This document shows, piece by piece, positions 49,201-59,263 of a stretch of DNA of 64,000 nucleotides. Positions within the stretch are counted from its first letter, which is position 1. Every line of letters begins with the position of its first letter. The notes beneath the pieces are model-generated. The model was not told the DNA's origin, did not search any database, and saw nothing but the letters and a program-made list of their open reading frames with translations. This DNA comes from a virus (taxonomy: Duplodnaviria > Caudoviricetes). Location: IMG/VR virus record IMGVR_UViG_3300020420_000671; one strand, written 5' to 3'. A program made the translations under genes and the position numbers.

Positions 49201-51839
49201 GCGGTATAATGAGAGCAACAAACGGAAATAACTCTTATGGAGACTTTGGTTCAGTTGCTGAAGGATTTGATGCTAACGAAATTCCACAAACTGCTACAGT
49301 CAACAACAGAAGTACTGAAGCACAAGTTGATAATATTTTTACAGATGGTTCACAGGTACTTGCTTTAGAATACACCAACGCAGGTGAAACATATAGCACA
49401 GCATCAGCGGCATTTACACAAGTTGCTGGTACAGGTTTATCTGTGTATTGGGAAGAATTTAGACAAGGCGCTGTAAACAAGATTGAATTACAACTACCAG
49501 ATGACAGTACTAACGTTGGTGGTAGAGGTTTTCAATTTGCTACTAATACAGCTCAAGCAGGAGACTTAACAAGTATTACATTATCACAGTCGGAATCAAG
49601 AACAGCTTCTAGCATTAATGGTTCAAGAATTATGATCACAGAAGGTCCTGGTTCTGGACAATATGGTTATATTGTAAATTATAATGCGTCAACAAAAGTA
49701 GCACAGGTTTATAAAGACAGTACAGGTACACCAGGCTTTGATAATTTACTAGCAGGTAAGGTAAATGCTACAGCATTAGGAGCAACGACAGTTTATGCTA
49801 TAGAGCCAAGAGCAACGATTGCGGCGCCGACATTTAATGTGTCTAACAACAGCATTCAATCAGGTGCTCCTGACATTGGATATAGTGATACACTAGGATT
49901 ATGGTATTATGGAGTAACAGGTACTGATGATTTTTACACATCACCAGACGGAAGTGTATGGACACAAAGACCGACGGCAGTAAGCAATATTGCTTCTCAA
50001 AATTATACAGCATTTTCAAAATCAGGTCCAATATTAGCGGCAGTGGCAAATTCAACAGACACATTAGTATTTTCAAATGATGGAGCTACTTTTGATACAT
50101 CAACTTTACCAGCTACCAACAATTGGACAAGAGTTCAAATAGGTGGACTTAATGACAATGTTATTATGGCAACGGGCGATAACAACAGTGACATTTATGT
50201 TGGCTCACTTACAACTTCAAATGATAGTACTATTGTTACAGGAACTTGGACAACCAAAGCACTTGGCACAGGAAATAAAAACTGGGTAGGTTTAGCTTAT
50301 GGAGCAGGTAAGTGGATTGCTATTGCTACAGATGGTACAACAGTGATTTCCACAGACAACGGAGTAAGTTGGAGTACAGGTTCAGCAGTTACACCAGGTG
50401 GATCAGAAGAATATACAGATTTAATTTTTGGAAGTAATGCTTGGGTAGCATCAATGAAAAATTCAGATAGAATAATTTATAGTGCTGATGGATCAAATTG
50501 GTACGATGCGGCACTACTAGGTGACTCAACAACCAACGCATGGAAAGTTGGTTATTCACAAGGAGCTTTTGTTGCTGTAAATGAAAACGGAAACGCACTT
50601 GAATCAGGTGATGCTCATAATTGGAATACTATTTCTACAATTAATAACTTAACAGCCATAGTTGGAGGCGTAGCTTCAAACAAACCAACTTGGATTGGGG
50701 TAAGACAAAGCACAGGAACAGGAAATATTATTACAGGTGGTAAGAGAGCTTTTGCTAGGGTAGAAATTGCTACAAACAGTATTAGTAAATTTAAACTATA
50801 CGAAGTAGGAAGTGGATATGATTCATCAACACCTCCAACATTAACAGTTTATGATCCAGGTGAGACAGGTGAACCTTATTACCAAGTAAATGTTGCGAAT
50901 GGTGTATTAGGACAGCCAACTTTCTATAACAGAGGTACAGGTTATGCCACGGCAGTCATAGCAATTACTGGTAACGGTTATGCCGAAGCAAAACAAGTAG
51001 GTAACTCAATGGTAATTACAGGAATAGATCTTGTACCAGGTCCTGGAGCAAACGTTGTGTTCACAGGAGATTCCACAGTTTATAGATTGGTTAAAGTAAC
51101 TAAGACTGAAGGCTCTGCTCCTAATAGACAAATTACTTTCCAAATATCTCCAGTACTATCAAGAGGCACAGCACCAGCCCATGGTGTAACAGCTACAATT
51201 AGAGAAAGATATTCACAATGTAGATTGACTGGACATGACTTCTTAGACATAGGAACGGGTAACTTTGCTAATACAAACTATCCAGCACTATACATAGCAG
51301 GACAAACAAGTGTCAACGAAACAGAACAAGCAAATGAAGTACGCGAAGCAAACGGTGGTAGAGTATTCTACACAAGTACAGACCAAGACGGTAACTACAG
51401 GGTTGGTGAACTATTTAAAGTTAGCCAAGCACAAGGTGGTGTTACTTTAAGTGCTGACTTCTTTGATCTAGAAGGATTAGATGAAATTAGATTAGGTGGA
51501 ATTAGTGTAGGGGGAACACAAGCTGTTATTAGAGAATTTTCAACAGAAGTTACTTTTGTTGCTAATAGCAACAACATAGTTCCAACACAAAAGGCACTAA
51601 AAGCCTATATCGAAAATAGATTTACAGGTGGTGGATCAAATCTGTTTACAAACGCACTTACAGCTGGACAGATCAAGTTAGAATCAAGGACTATATCCAA
51701 TACAGCAGGATCAAATAATCCATTGGCAATGGCAACAGTATCACCAAATTTTGAAATTAGGGGGTCGTTAGGCGGAGGACTAGCGGCACTTAATATGTTC
51801 TTTTCATCAAGAACTGAAAGAGATGACTTTAACGGATAA
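46260..51839 (+). CDS. Giant tail-fibre-like protein: carbohydrate-binding-like repeats, beta-helix, Asp-box region
   Basis: Repeated W...T.Y..ND.VKYGG..Y.C...HTS; YYVSLDGID..GGTLNAPFRT; SPDGSVW, SNDGATF, STDNGVSW, SADGSNW; late box 46236-42. Confidence 0.78.
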   Translation: MADFKLSRVRFNWKGSWTGGGNYIVDDMIEYNGYTYVALRTHISADFYNDLAGTDKTPAQPKWKKQSEGVSWKKDWSTSTFYSVGNIVKYGASVYECTESHTSSSTLASGTDGLVADINKWTLVAVSSADWKYNWTINTLYRINDLVRYNGKVYKCTAQHVSAATILLGLEADQSKWTVLSDSDTWRATWAIGTRYKVNDIVKYGGIVYKCITGHTSADNTTLGLEEDQSKWEIQISGIEYIVNTDANTGLISGEWVGGTRYKVNDIVKRGGNIMRCIVGHTATAGDAGFNTDYGTGKWTTYLPGTTYDNIWDNGVYYQKGDLVLYGGYIYKAVTFNTGKEPSQYGSDWNLTFEGYKFRGDWNNAGSADSADVNYKTGDIVRLTGNLYIAIQDSTNLQPDQWPTYWEHLVDGRAFRNFWEDNTEYYKGDIVTWAGTAYVALVYHRSTESASRPDLDVEQPDQNYWKLMILGNRTNKLARKGDLKTFEDQDSTAIDTQRLAIGQDGAALISTGTMPAWDLIDLADKVYYVSLDGIDDPDRGGTLNAPFRTVRYATQYLFQDEVNRVGIGATIFVTAGDYKEILPISLPAKVALVGAELRSTSISPAINGTDVVLGPRNAAGIQEALTIPSLNERNNMFYVRNSCGIRRLTLRGLTGVLSVANAYGTKRPSGGAFVSLDPGTGTSDTDVWIASKAKAYYTPSTASYNPADGVFTMTLPTQQYTVTDATYDPKSGVMVATIGNHTLDVGETIRIATESVSFTCSKDNYNSVHAYPRISDPAAGTDIRIFDKSATTISVNVGKSKDNDQYTHKFSSATNNGITWNHNLKVGNSIAIAGNAFTFTCTMDGNTAQKTYPRTTDPAYNQKLAITAVTTETFTVNVGKSSASDQYAHTFVSVTPESVSFERISAGRSPYIQGVTTIGDNCIGMKIDGALHNGGNRSIVANDFTQVLSDGIGYWATNLGRSELVSVFTYYAHIGYLAENGGIMRATNGNNSYGDFGSVAEGFDANEIPQTATVNNRSTEAQVDNIFTDGSQVLALEYTNAGETYSTASAAFTQVAGTGLSVYWEEFRQGAVNKIELQLPDDSTNVGGRGFQFATNTAQAGDLTSITLSQSESRTASSINGSRIMITEGPGSGQYGYIVNYNASTKVAQVYKDSTGTPGFDNLLAGKVNATALGATTVYAIEPRATIAAPTFNVSNNSIQSGAPDIGYSDTLGLWYYGVTGTDDFYTSPDGSVWTQRPTAVSNIASQNYTAFSKSGPILAAVANSTDTLVFSNDGATFDTSTLPATNNWTRVQIGGLNDNVIMATGDNNSDIYVGSLTTSNDSTIVTGTWTTKALGTGNKNWVGLAYGAGKWIAIATDGTTVISTDNGVSWSTGSAVTPGGSEEYTDLIFGSNAWVASMKNSDRIIYSADGSNWYDAALLGDSTTNAWKVGYSQGAFVAVNENGNALESGDAHNWNTISTINNLTAIVGGVASNKPTWIGVRQSTGTGNIITGGKRAFARVEIATNSISKFKLYEVGSGYDSSTPPTLTVYDPGETGEPYYQVNVANGVLGQPTFYNRGTGYATAVIAITGNGYAEAKQVGNSMVITGIDLVPGPGANVVFTGDSTVYRLVKVTKTEGSAPNRQITFQISPVLSRGTAPAHGVTATIRERYSQCRLTGHDFLDIGTGNFANTNYPALYIAGQTSVNETEQANEVREANGGRVFYTSTDQDGNYRVGELFKVSQAQGGVTLSADFFDLEGLDEIRLGGISVGGTQAVIREFSTEVTFVANSNNIVPTQKALKAYIENRFTGGGSNLFTNALTAGQIKLESRTISNTAGSNNPLAMATVSPNFEIRGSLGGGLAALNMFFSSRTERDDFNG

Positions 51840-51875
51840 TGATAAATATGTATAATACCAAGAACGGAGCAAAAA

Positions 51876-54800
51876 ATGGCAGAATTTAAACTAGGTAGAA
51901 TTAGATTTATCTGGAAAGACAACTGGGCGGCTACTACGACTTATCTAAAAGATGACGTAATTAGATATGGTGGTAGAACTTATGTTTGTGTAACTGGACA
52001 CACATCAACGTCTAATTTCTACTCAGATATATCAAACTGGAACAATTTCAGTGATGGTACCCAATGGAAAAGTGATTGGAGCGCCGCAACTTTTTACAAA
52101 ATAAATGACATCGTAAGATACGGTGGTATCATTTATATTTGTAACACAGGACACACAGCACAATCAACACTAGAAGCTGATCAATCAAAATGGGATCAGT
52201 TTGCTACATCAATTGACTGGAAAGACAACTGGGTAGCAGGTACTGTTTACAAAGCGAACGACTTGGTAAAATATGGTGGAAACATTTACATTTGTAACAC
52301 TGGTCATACTGCCGCGGCCACGAATGCACTTGGACTTGAAGCTGACATATTAAAATGGGACCTATTCTCCGAAGGTCAAGATTGGAAACAAAATTGGGCT
52401 ATCAATACAAGATATAAAATTAACGATATTGTTAAGTATGGTGGAACACTTTACGTTTGTAACACTGGACATACTTCAAACGCATCAGCATCAAGCGGAT
52501 TAGAAGCAGACCAGGCAAAATGGGATTATTTAAATAAAGGAATTGAATACTTAGGTGAGTGGGCAAATAGCTACAGATACAAAGTAAATGACGTTGTACT
52601 TTATGGTGCGACACTTTGGATTTGTACAACACAACATACTTCAGTTGTAACAAATGCAGATTCACAACTAGGTACGCTACAAGCAGATATTGCCAACTGG
52701 GATAAATTTGTTCCTGGATTAGAATTTGAAAACACATGGCAAGGCGATGAAAGATATCAACCAGGTGACTTTGTTACATATGGTGGTAATCAATATGTTG
52801 CTAATCAAAACGTATACGGTGACATTCCTCCTTCAAGTGCTAAATGGGATCTTGTTACATCAGGATTTAATTTAAGAGGCGACTGGGGTGATGACTCTAC
52901 CAACCAAGAATACAAAATTGGTGATGTTGTAAGACTAGGTGGTTACACTTATCTTGCTACAGCTAACAGCACAGGACAACGTCCACCTAACGCAACTTAT
53001 TGGTCAAGATTGAATCAAGGTATTGAATGGAAAAATACTTGGACCACAGCTACAGTTTACGACTTAGGTGATGCTGTACGTTATGGCTTAATCAGTTATG
53101 TTTGTGTACAAGCACATACATCTGACACAGCAAAACGTCCAGACAATGATTCAGCAGGTGCTTTTTGGAATAACCTAGCATCAGGTGCTGAGGAAAGTAC
53201 AATTACAACGCAAGGTGACTTGTTATACTTTGGTGGATCAGGACCAACTAGATTACCAATTGGAGCAGACGGCCAAGTATTAAGTGTATCAAGCGGAGGC
53301 ATTCCAGAGTGGAAAGACTTTGGTGCTGTACCTGATGTATATTATGTATCAGGCGGAATTGGTACAGATAATCCAACTCCAGCAAACGGGACTACTTTAG
53401 ATAGACCTTGGAAAACAATTAGATACGCATGTGATCAAATTGAAAAAGGTGCTAAAAATCCTAATGCTGTCAGCTTGTTAGAAAAAAATAGAATGTTTAT
53501 AGCATATGAAACTGCTAAATGGGCAAAGAGACAGATCATTGAACAGAATTCTCCGTTCTTTATTGGATTTTCTTTTGATGAAGCCAAGTTCCAAAGACTA
53601 GCAGGTTTTGCTTTAGATGCTATCACAGTTGATTTGAGAAGAGGCGGAAACGTAGAAACACGTAGAGCTGGTCAGGCAATGAAGGACAACGTAACTGGAG
53701 ACTTCTTTGATACAGGTTCAGAAACACAAAACGTTGCGGCATTAAATCATGTCATTTCTTTATGTAGTGATGTAATTAATAGTGCTACACCATCCGCTGA
53801 CTACCAAGCATTAGATGGAGTAGCATCAGCAGATAGATATTTACAAACTAAAGATTCTACAATAACACCAGAACCAACTGCTTTGTCAACTTTAACAACT
53901 AACATGGCTGTCATTACAAGTTCTATTACACTTGGAGGTGGATACACTCTCCCAACACAAGTGATACTTCATAAAGTATTATTAGTAAAGACTGGTAATT
54001 ACAAAGAAGTTCTTCCAATTAGAGTTCCTGAAAAAGTTGCTATTGTTGGTGACGAATTGCGTTCGACTAGAGTTGAACCAGCAGGGCAATTAACGAACTC
54101 AGGAGATACTGTTTATTCATTAGCGGGAATTACTCACATGAAGAGTATATTAGACGATATTATTGAAGGAACATCAATAACACGTCAAACAGGAAATACT
54201 CTCACACAGGATGTATCCAAACCAAATAGTACTTCAGCAGTATCAACTATTGTTACAGATCTTTCACAAGAATTGTATGACAAGATTGACTTTGAAGTTA
54301 ATGGAGCATCAGGAGACTCAACTGCTCCAACTATTAGAGGTTCAAATACAAGAGTAGATGATCAAGATAAGTTTGCTGGTGTTAGAGCAATAATGATGAA
54401 CAAGGACTTTATTGCTGAAGATGTTACAAAATATATAAATGTTAACTATCCATCTTATACATTTGATGAAGCACAATGTAAATCAGATATAAAAAATTAT
54501 CTTGATGGATTTATACATGACTTAACATTTAGTTTCAGCGAAGGATCAAACTATGCTACAATCTACAACGGATTATATTATGGAAATAGCGTAAACGGTT
54601 CTACATTAGAAAACATGTATCTATTAAGAGATGCTACTGGTATTAGAAATCAAACACTAGGTGGATTAAGCGGAACATTAAGTTCAGCAAACCAATACGG
54701 AACTAAGAGACCATCAGCTGGTGCTTACTGTTCATTGGATCCAGGATGGGGACCAGATGATACAAGAGTTTGGATATCAACACGTTCACCATACGTACAA

Positions 54801-56723
54801 GGTGTAACTAACTTTGGTACAGCTTGTGTAGGATTGAAAATTGATGGAGACTTACATAACGGTGGTAATGATTCAATCGTTGCTAACGACTTTACGCAAG
54901 TCATATCAGATGGTATTGGTGCGTGGGTTACAAACTTAGGTAGAGCAGAACTTGTTTCTGTGTTCTCATACTATGGACACATTGGATATCTATCAGAAAA
55001 CGGTGGTAAGATAAGAGGTACTAACGGAAACTGTTCATACGGTGACTTTGGTGCGGTATCTGAAGGCGTTGACGGAAGTGAAACTCCAATAACTGGTGGT
55101 GTTAACAATAGAAAACTTGAAGCAACAGTTGGTAGAGCATTGACTGACGGAAGTAGCATTATACATTTTGAATACACAAACGCAGGTAACAATTATACCA
55201 GTGCTACATACACAATAAGTGGAGCAGGATATGGTGCGGTTATTGCTAATGCTAATGCTGTAAACAATGGTATATTTGAAGTTAGACTAAGAAATCCAGA
55301 CGATGGATCGACTTATAATACTTCTGATGTTGACAATGACGGAGTATTAAATGATCCAGATGTAATTGGTGGTAGAGGATATGTGTCAAGTGAAAACACG
55401 GCACAGGGTGGTAACGCTACTACTATTATTTTATCAAACACTGAAACAGCTAACAGTACAAAATATGTTGGAATGAGAGTTGTAATTACAGCAGGTACAG
55501 GTGCTGGACAATACGCACAAATTACTGCGTACAATCCAGGAACAAAAGTTGCTAACGTTGCTAAAGAATCAGATGGAACAGCTGGATGGGATACATGGCA
55601 CTATTCAAATGGTATTCAATCTACTTTAGATGCTACAACAACTTATTCAATTGAACCAAGATGTGTTATTTCCGGCGGTGGAGGAACAGGAGCTCAAGTT
55701 AGAGCACAAGTTTCCAACGGTAGAATCACACAGTTTTACATAATAAATCCAGGAAGCGGATACACAAGTGGTCCATCAATGTTAATTGTTGATAACAATG
55801 AAACTATTGAAGCACCGTTTGAAATTAGAGTTGGTAATGGAGTATTGACACAACCTACATGGACTAGTAGAGGACTTGACTTTGAGACAGCAGGTGCTAC
55901 TTTGGTTGGTGACGGTTTTGCTGACACATTCCAAAGCAAGAACTTCTTAAACGTTTATGGATTAACAGATCAACCAGAAGAAGGCTCTAACTTAGAAATA
56001 GATGGTGATAGCAGATACTTCAAGGTGGTTTTTGTAAGAGAACTATCAGGTAGTGCTGGAAACTATTCAGCAAACTTACAAGTTTCGCCAAACATTGGTG
56101 TAGAAAAAGCACCTATACACGGTGCTAATATTTCTATAAGAAAGAGATTTAGTCAAGTTAGATTAACAGGACACGACTTCCTAGATATAGGTACTGGTAA
56201 CTTTGCTAGTACAAACTATCCAGGAACTCCGTCTGTACCAAATGACGCAAATGACGAAGTTAAAGAATATGGCGGTGGAAGAGTATTCTACACATCCACT
56301 GACCAAGATGGTAACTTTAGAGTAGGTAGATTGTTCAACGTTGAACAGTCAACTGGTTCTGCCAGCTTAAACACAAGTGCGTTTAGTTTAGCAGGACTAC
56401 AAGAACTTTCATTAGGTGCTGTAGGACTTGGTGAGAGTGGAGCAACAATTAATGAATTTAGTACAGACGGTACGTTTAGTGCTAATTCAAACAGCGTTGT
56501 TCCGACTCAGGCGGCTATTATTACTTACATCAATTCACAAATTGGTGGTGGATCTAGTAGCCTTAACGTTAACGCAGTTACAGCTGGTAAAATAAATATC
56601 ACTGGAAACACGATTGGTACAACTGACAATTCGCAGATCACTGTAACCACTGGAATGAATTTCAATGGTGGAGTATTAGGATCTCCGGTTGCCATGTCGT
56701 ACTTTTTAACAAGTAAAACATAA
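51876..56723 (+). CDS. Giant tail-fibre-like protein, paralogue of 46260
   Basis: MAEFKLGRIRF start, same repeats, shared blocks SIVANDFTQV.SDGIG and RLTGHDFLDIGTGNFA.TNYP; late box 51842-48. Confidence 0.78.
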   Translation: MAEFKLGRIRFIWKDNWAATTTYLKDDVIRYGGRTYVCVTGHTSTSNFYSDISNWNNFSDGTQWKSDWSAATFYKINDIVRYGGIIYICNTGHTAQSTLEADQSKWDQFATSIDWKDNWVAGTVYKANDLVKYGGNIYICNTGHTAAATNALGLEADILKWDLFSEGQDWKQNWAINTRYKINDIVKYGGTLYVCNTGHTSNASASSGLEADQAKWDYLNKGIEYLGEWANSYRYKVNDVVLYGATLWICTTQHTSVVTNADSQLGTLQADIANWDKFVPGLEFENTWQGDERYQPGDFVTYGGNQYVANQNVYGDIPPSSAKWDLVTSGFNLRGDWGDDSTNQEYKIGDVVRLGGYTYLATANSTGQRPPNATYWSRLNQGIEWKNTWTTATVYDLGDAVRYGLISYVCVQAHTSDTAKRPDNDSAGAFWNNLASGAEESTITTQGDLLYFGGSGPTRLPIGADGQVLSVSSGGIPEWKDFGAVPDVYYVSGGIGTDNPTPANGTTLDRPWKTIRYACDQIEKGAKNPNAVSLLEKNRMFIAYETAKWAKRQIIEQNSPFFIGFSFDEAKFQRLAGFALDAITVDLRRGGNVETRRAGQAMKDNVTGDFFDTGSETQNVAALNHVISLCSDVINSATPSADYQALDGVASADRYLQTKDSTITPEPTALSTLTTNMAVITSSITLGGGYTLPTQVILHKVLLVKTGNYKEVLPIRVPEKVAIVGDELRSTRVEPAGQLTNSGDTVYSLAGITHMKSILDDIIEGTSITRQTGNTLTQDVSKPNSTSAVSTIVTDLSQELYDKIDFEVNGASGDSTAPTIRGSNTRVDDQDKFAGVRAIMMNKDFIAEDVTKYINVNYPSYTFDEAQCKSDIKNYLDGFIHDLTFSFSEGSNYATIYNGLYYGNSVNGSTLENMYLLRDATGIRNQTLGGLSGTLSSANQYGTKRPSAGAYCSLDPGWGPDDTRVWISTRSPYVQGVTNFGTACVGLKIDGDLHNGGNDSIVANDFTQVISDGIGAWVTNLGRAELVSVFSYYGHIGYLSENGGKIRGTNGNCSYGDFGAVSEGVDGSETPITGGVNNRKLEATVGRALTDGSSIIHFEYTNAGNNYTSATYTISGAGYGAVIANANAVNNGIFEVRLRNPDDGSTYNTSDVDNDGVLNDPDVIGGRGYVSSENTAQGGNATTIILSNTETANSTKYVGMRVVITAGTGAGQYAQITAYNPGTKVANVAKESDGTAGWDTWHYSNGIQSTLDATTTYSIEPRCVISGGGGTGAQVRAQVSNGRITQFYIINPGSGYTSGPSMLIVDNNETIEAPFEIRVGNGVLTQPTWTSRGLDFETAGATLVGDGFADTFQSKNFLNVYGLTDQPEEGSNLEIDGDSRYFKVVFVRELSGSAGNYSANLQVSPNIGVEKAPIHGANISIRKRFSQVRLTGHDFLDIGTGNFASTNYPGTPSVPNDANDEVKEYGGGRVFYTSTDQDGNFRVGRLFNVEQSTGSASLNTSAFSLAGLQELSLGAVGLGESGATINEFSTDGTFSANSNSVVPTQAAIITYINSQIGGGSSSLNVNAVTAGKINITGNTIGTTDNSQITVTTGMNFNGGVLGSPVAMSYFLTSKT

Positions 56724-56752
56724 TGGCTAAATATAGAAAAGAGGAGTAATAA

Positions 56753-57079
56753 ATGGCAACAGGAGTATTAGGATCAAACGATTTATCAGCGGCGACTGAT
56801 ACAAGCGTTTATACGGTTCCAGCAGATACTTACAGCGTGGTAACTGTATCGTTTTGTAACAGAGGTGCTTCAACAGCAAATATTAGATTGGCTGTAGCGG
56901 CATCTGGTACACCAACAGCGGCAGAATATCTAGAGTACGATGTATCTCTAGGACCAAACGGTGTATTAGAAAGAACTGGTATCGTTGCACAAGCTACTAA
57001 AATTATTGTCGCTCGATCATCAGCTACCAGCGTAAGTTGTGTAGTAATGGGTATCGAGACAGCAGTACCGGCAAGTTAA
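56753..57079 (+). CDS. Small fibre-associated protein (paralogue 3 of 3)
   Basis: VYTVPAD..VSFCN; late-like CTAAATA 56727-33. Confidence 0.7.
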   Translation: MATGVLGSNDLSAATDTSVYTVPADTYSVVTVSFCNRGASTANIRLAVAASGTPTAAEYLEYDVSLGPNGVLERTGIVAQATKIIVARSSATSVSCVVMGIETAVPAS

Positions 57080-57094
57080 AGGATAGGAAAAAAA

Positions 57095-57544
57095 ATGGGA
57101 AGACGGATTTCACTAGGTTCACCAGGTTTAACTATACCTTTTGGGAACACGGCACAGAGAACAGCAAACGCAGGAGCAGGTTCAGTAAGATATAACACAC
57201 AAGTAAATGTGTTAGAACTTTACAACGGAACAAACTGGATTCCTGTGGGTGTTCTAAATGCTAAAACAGTCACAACTACGTACACAGCGGCATCTGGAGA
57301 ACAGTTGTTTGTTGATACTAATGGTGGAGGCTTTACTATTAACCTACCTGGTTCACCAGCAGTAGGAGATGTTGTTAGATTTTTTGATCTAAGAAAAACA
57401 TTTGATAGTAATAACCTTACAGTTGGTAGAAACGGAAAACTTATCCAAGGTGATAGTGCGAACATGACTGTTAACTCAGAAGGTGCGGCGTTTGACCTTG
57501 TATATTCAGGTGATAGTTACGGTTGGCGTATCCTAACTGTATAA
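57095..57544 (+). CDS. Tail fibre connector-like protein
   Basis: LFVDTNGGGFTINLPGSPAVGDVVRF..NNLTVGRNG..YSGDSYGW resembles T4-like long-fibre repeat units. Confidence 0.65.
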   Translation: MGRRISLGSPGLTIPFGNTAQRTANAGAGSVRYNTQVNVLELYNGTNWIPVGVLNAKTVTTTYTAASGEQLFVDTNGGGFTINLPGSPAVGDVVRFFDLRKTFDSNNLTVGRNGKLIQGDSANMTVNSEGAAFDLVYSGDSYGWRILTV

Positions 57545-57565
57545 TATTATTGGAGAGAGAACCAA

Positions 57566-58405
57566 ATGGCAAGTTACGCAAGTTATAAGAAGGTTACATC
57601 AGAAGGTATCCCAAATGGTGCCATCACTAGAGCTAAACTCCAGCCTGGTGCGGGTGCTTGTAGAAAAGTACAATTCATTTACAATGAACGTGGACTACGT
57701 TGTCACATGTGTGCTAGACAAAGTGGATGCTGTGAACAAGCAAATGGTAAGTGCTGTTATTGGTGCGTACCATCTAACGTTTACAAGGTAACTTTTGAAA
57801 TATGGTCAGGTGGTGGCGGAGGCCCAGGACACACTTGTTGTAATAATTGTTCATTTTCGATCGGTGGATCGGGTGGAAACTACGCATTAAAAACTATTGA
57901 CACTAATCCAGGATGCCAATATACAGTATGTGCAGGCGGATCATGGCCTTGTGGTAAATCACATGGTTGTGTAGCAAGTATGGGATGTCGTTCATATGTG
58001 AACGGACATAACCTATCAAACTTCTGTGTAACGGGCGGATGCGGAGGTTGGATGTGTAATGGTGACGCATGGGGTCAAAGACATATGACTCACAGTTGTG
58101 CTAACTGTTTAATATGTGGAGTATTTGGAGCTGACTTTGGTGGCATGGGAGCTACTGGAAGAAAAGCTGGAACAACAACTTGTAGATGTCACGGACAAAC
58201 AGGTTACAGTGGTGAAGCATTTGGCATGGGAGTCATAGGCGGAACAGCAACTAACGAAGCATGGTGTGCATGTGGTTGTCACATTGTTTGGCCCGCTGGA
58301 GGCGGACAACCTGGAACTTCTAGTTATTGTAATAACTGGGCAAAGTGTTGTGCTGGTGGTTCTGGACAAGGTGGATCAGGGATTGTTAAAATAACATTCG
58401 TGTAA
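57566..58405 (+). CDS. Cys/Gly-rich putative fibre-tip adhesin, copy 1
   Basis: 30 Cys in 279 aa (hand count); VTFEIWSGGGGG..GGSGG.Y..PG.QYTV.AGG glycine-rich domain pattern. Confidence 0.7.
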   Translation: MASYASYKKVTSEGIPNGAITRAKLQPGAGACRKVQFIYNERGLRCHMCARQSGCCEQANGKCCYWCVPSNVYKVTFEIWSGGGGGPGHTCCNNCSFSIGGSGGNYALKTIDTNPGCQYTVCAGGSWPCGKSHGCVASMGCRSYVNGHNLSNFCVTGGCGGWMCNGDAWGQRHMTHSCANCLICGVFGADFGGMGATGRKAGTTTCRCHGQTGYSGEAFGMGVIGGTATNEAWCACGCHIVWPAGGGQPGTSSYCNNWAKCCAGGSGQGGSGIVKITFV

Positions 58406-58417
58406 GGAAATATAATT

Positions 58418-59254
58418 ATGGCAACATACGCAAGTTACAAAACATTAACAGCAGAAAATTTTACTGATAATAGTATATCTGCCGCTAAATTAGGTGCGGG
58501 AGCAGGACACAAATATTGTACAAAATGGATCTACAATGAACGTGGATTAAGATGTCATGCTTGTTCTGATGCTGGAGATTGTTGCGAACAAGCAAACGGA
58601 AAATGTTGTTATTGGTGTGTTCCAACAGGAGCAAGTAAAGTAACTTTTGAAATATGGTCAGGTGGTGGCGGAGGAGCAGGAAATACTTGTTGTAATAACT
58701 GTTCTCACTCAGCAGGAGGTTCAGGCGGAAGTTATGCTGTAAGAACTATCAGTACATGTCCTGGTTGTCAGTATACAGTTTGTGCTGGAGGAACGTGGCG
58801 TTGTTCTAAGTCACATATATGTACAGCAGGTATGGGCTGTAGAAGCTATGTAAACGGACATAATTTATCGAATTTTTGTGTAACAGGTGGTTGCCCAGGT
58901 TGGATGTGTAATGGAGATGCGTGGGGACCACGTCATACTCAGACATGTGCCAACTGTTTAATATGCGGAATTTTTGGATCAGATTTTGGCATAATGGGAT
59001 CAACTGGAATATCAGGCGGACACGGTGCTTGTCAATGTAAATCAGCTGACTGGATGCAGTCAGGTGTAGCACCATTCGTAGGAAGAACAATGACACACTC
59101 ACACGCAGAAGCGTGGTGTGGTTGTGCTTGTTATGTAAATTGGCCAGCAGGCGGCGGTGGAACAGGAACTTCTAGTTACTGTAACAACTGGGCAAAATGC
59201 TGTGCTGGAGGAAACATGGGAGGATCGGGATTAGTTAAAATCACGTTCGCATAA
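58418..59254 (+). CDS. Cys/Gly-rich putative fibre-tip adhesin, copy 2
   Basis: 31 Cys in 278 aa; collinear with copies 1 and 3. Confidence 0.7.
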   Translation: MATYASYKTLTAENFTDNSISAAKLGAGAGHKYCTKWIYNERGLRCHACSDAGDCCEQANGKCCYWCVPTGASKVTFEIWSGGGGGAGNTCCNNCSHSAGGSGGSYAVRTISTCPGCQYTVCAGGTWRCSKSHICTAGMGCRSYVNGHNLSNFCVTGGCPGWMCNGDAWGPRHTQTCANCLICGIFGSDFGIMGSTGISGGHGACQCKSADWMQSGVAPFVGRTMTHSHAEAWCGCACYVNWPAGGGGTGTSSYCNNWAKCCAGGNMGGSGLVKITFA

Positions 59255-59263
59255 GGATAGAAA

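Noticed and set aside
46260-53200. CRISPR-like or nucleotide tandem arrays in the repeat-rich fibre N-termini
   Set aside because: Repeats are degenerate at DNA level and conserved only as protein motifs; there is no constant repeat-spacer pattern.
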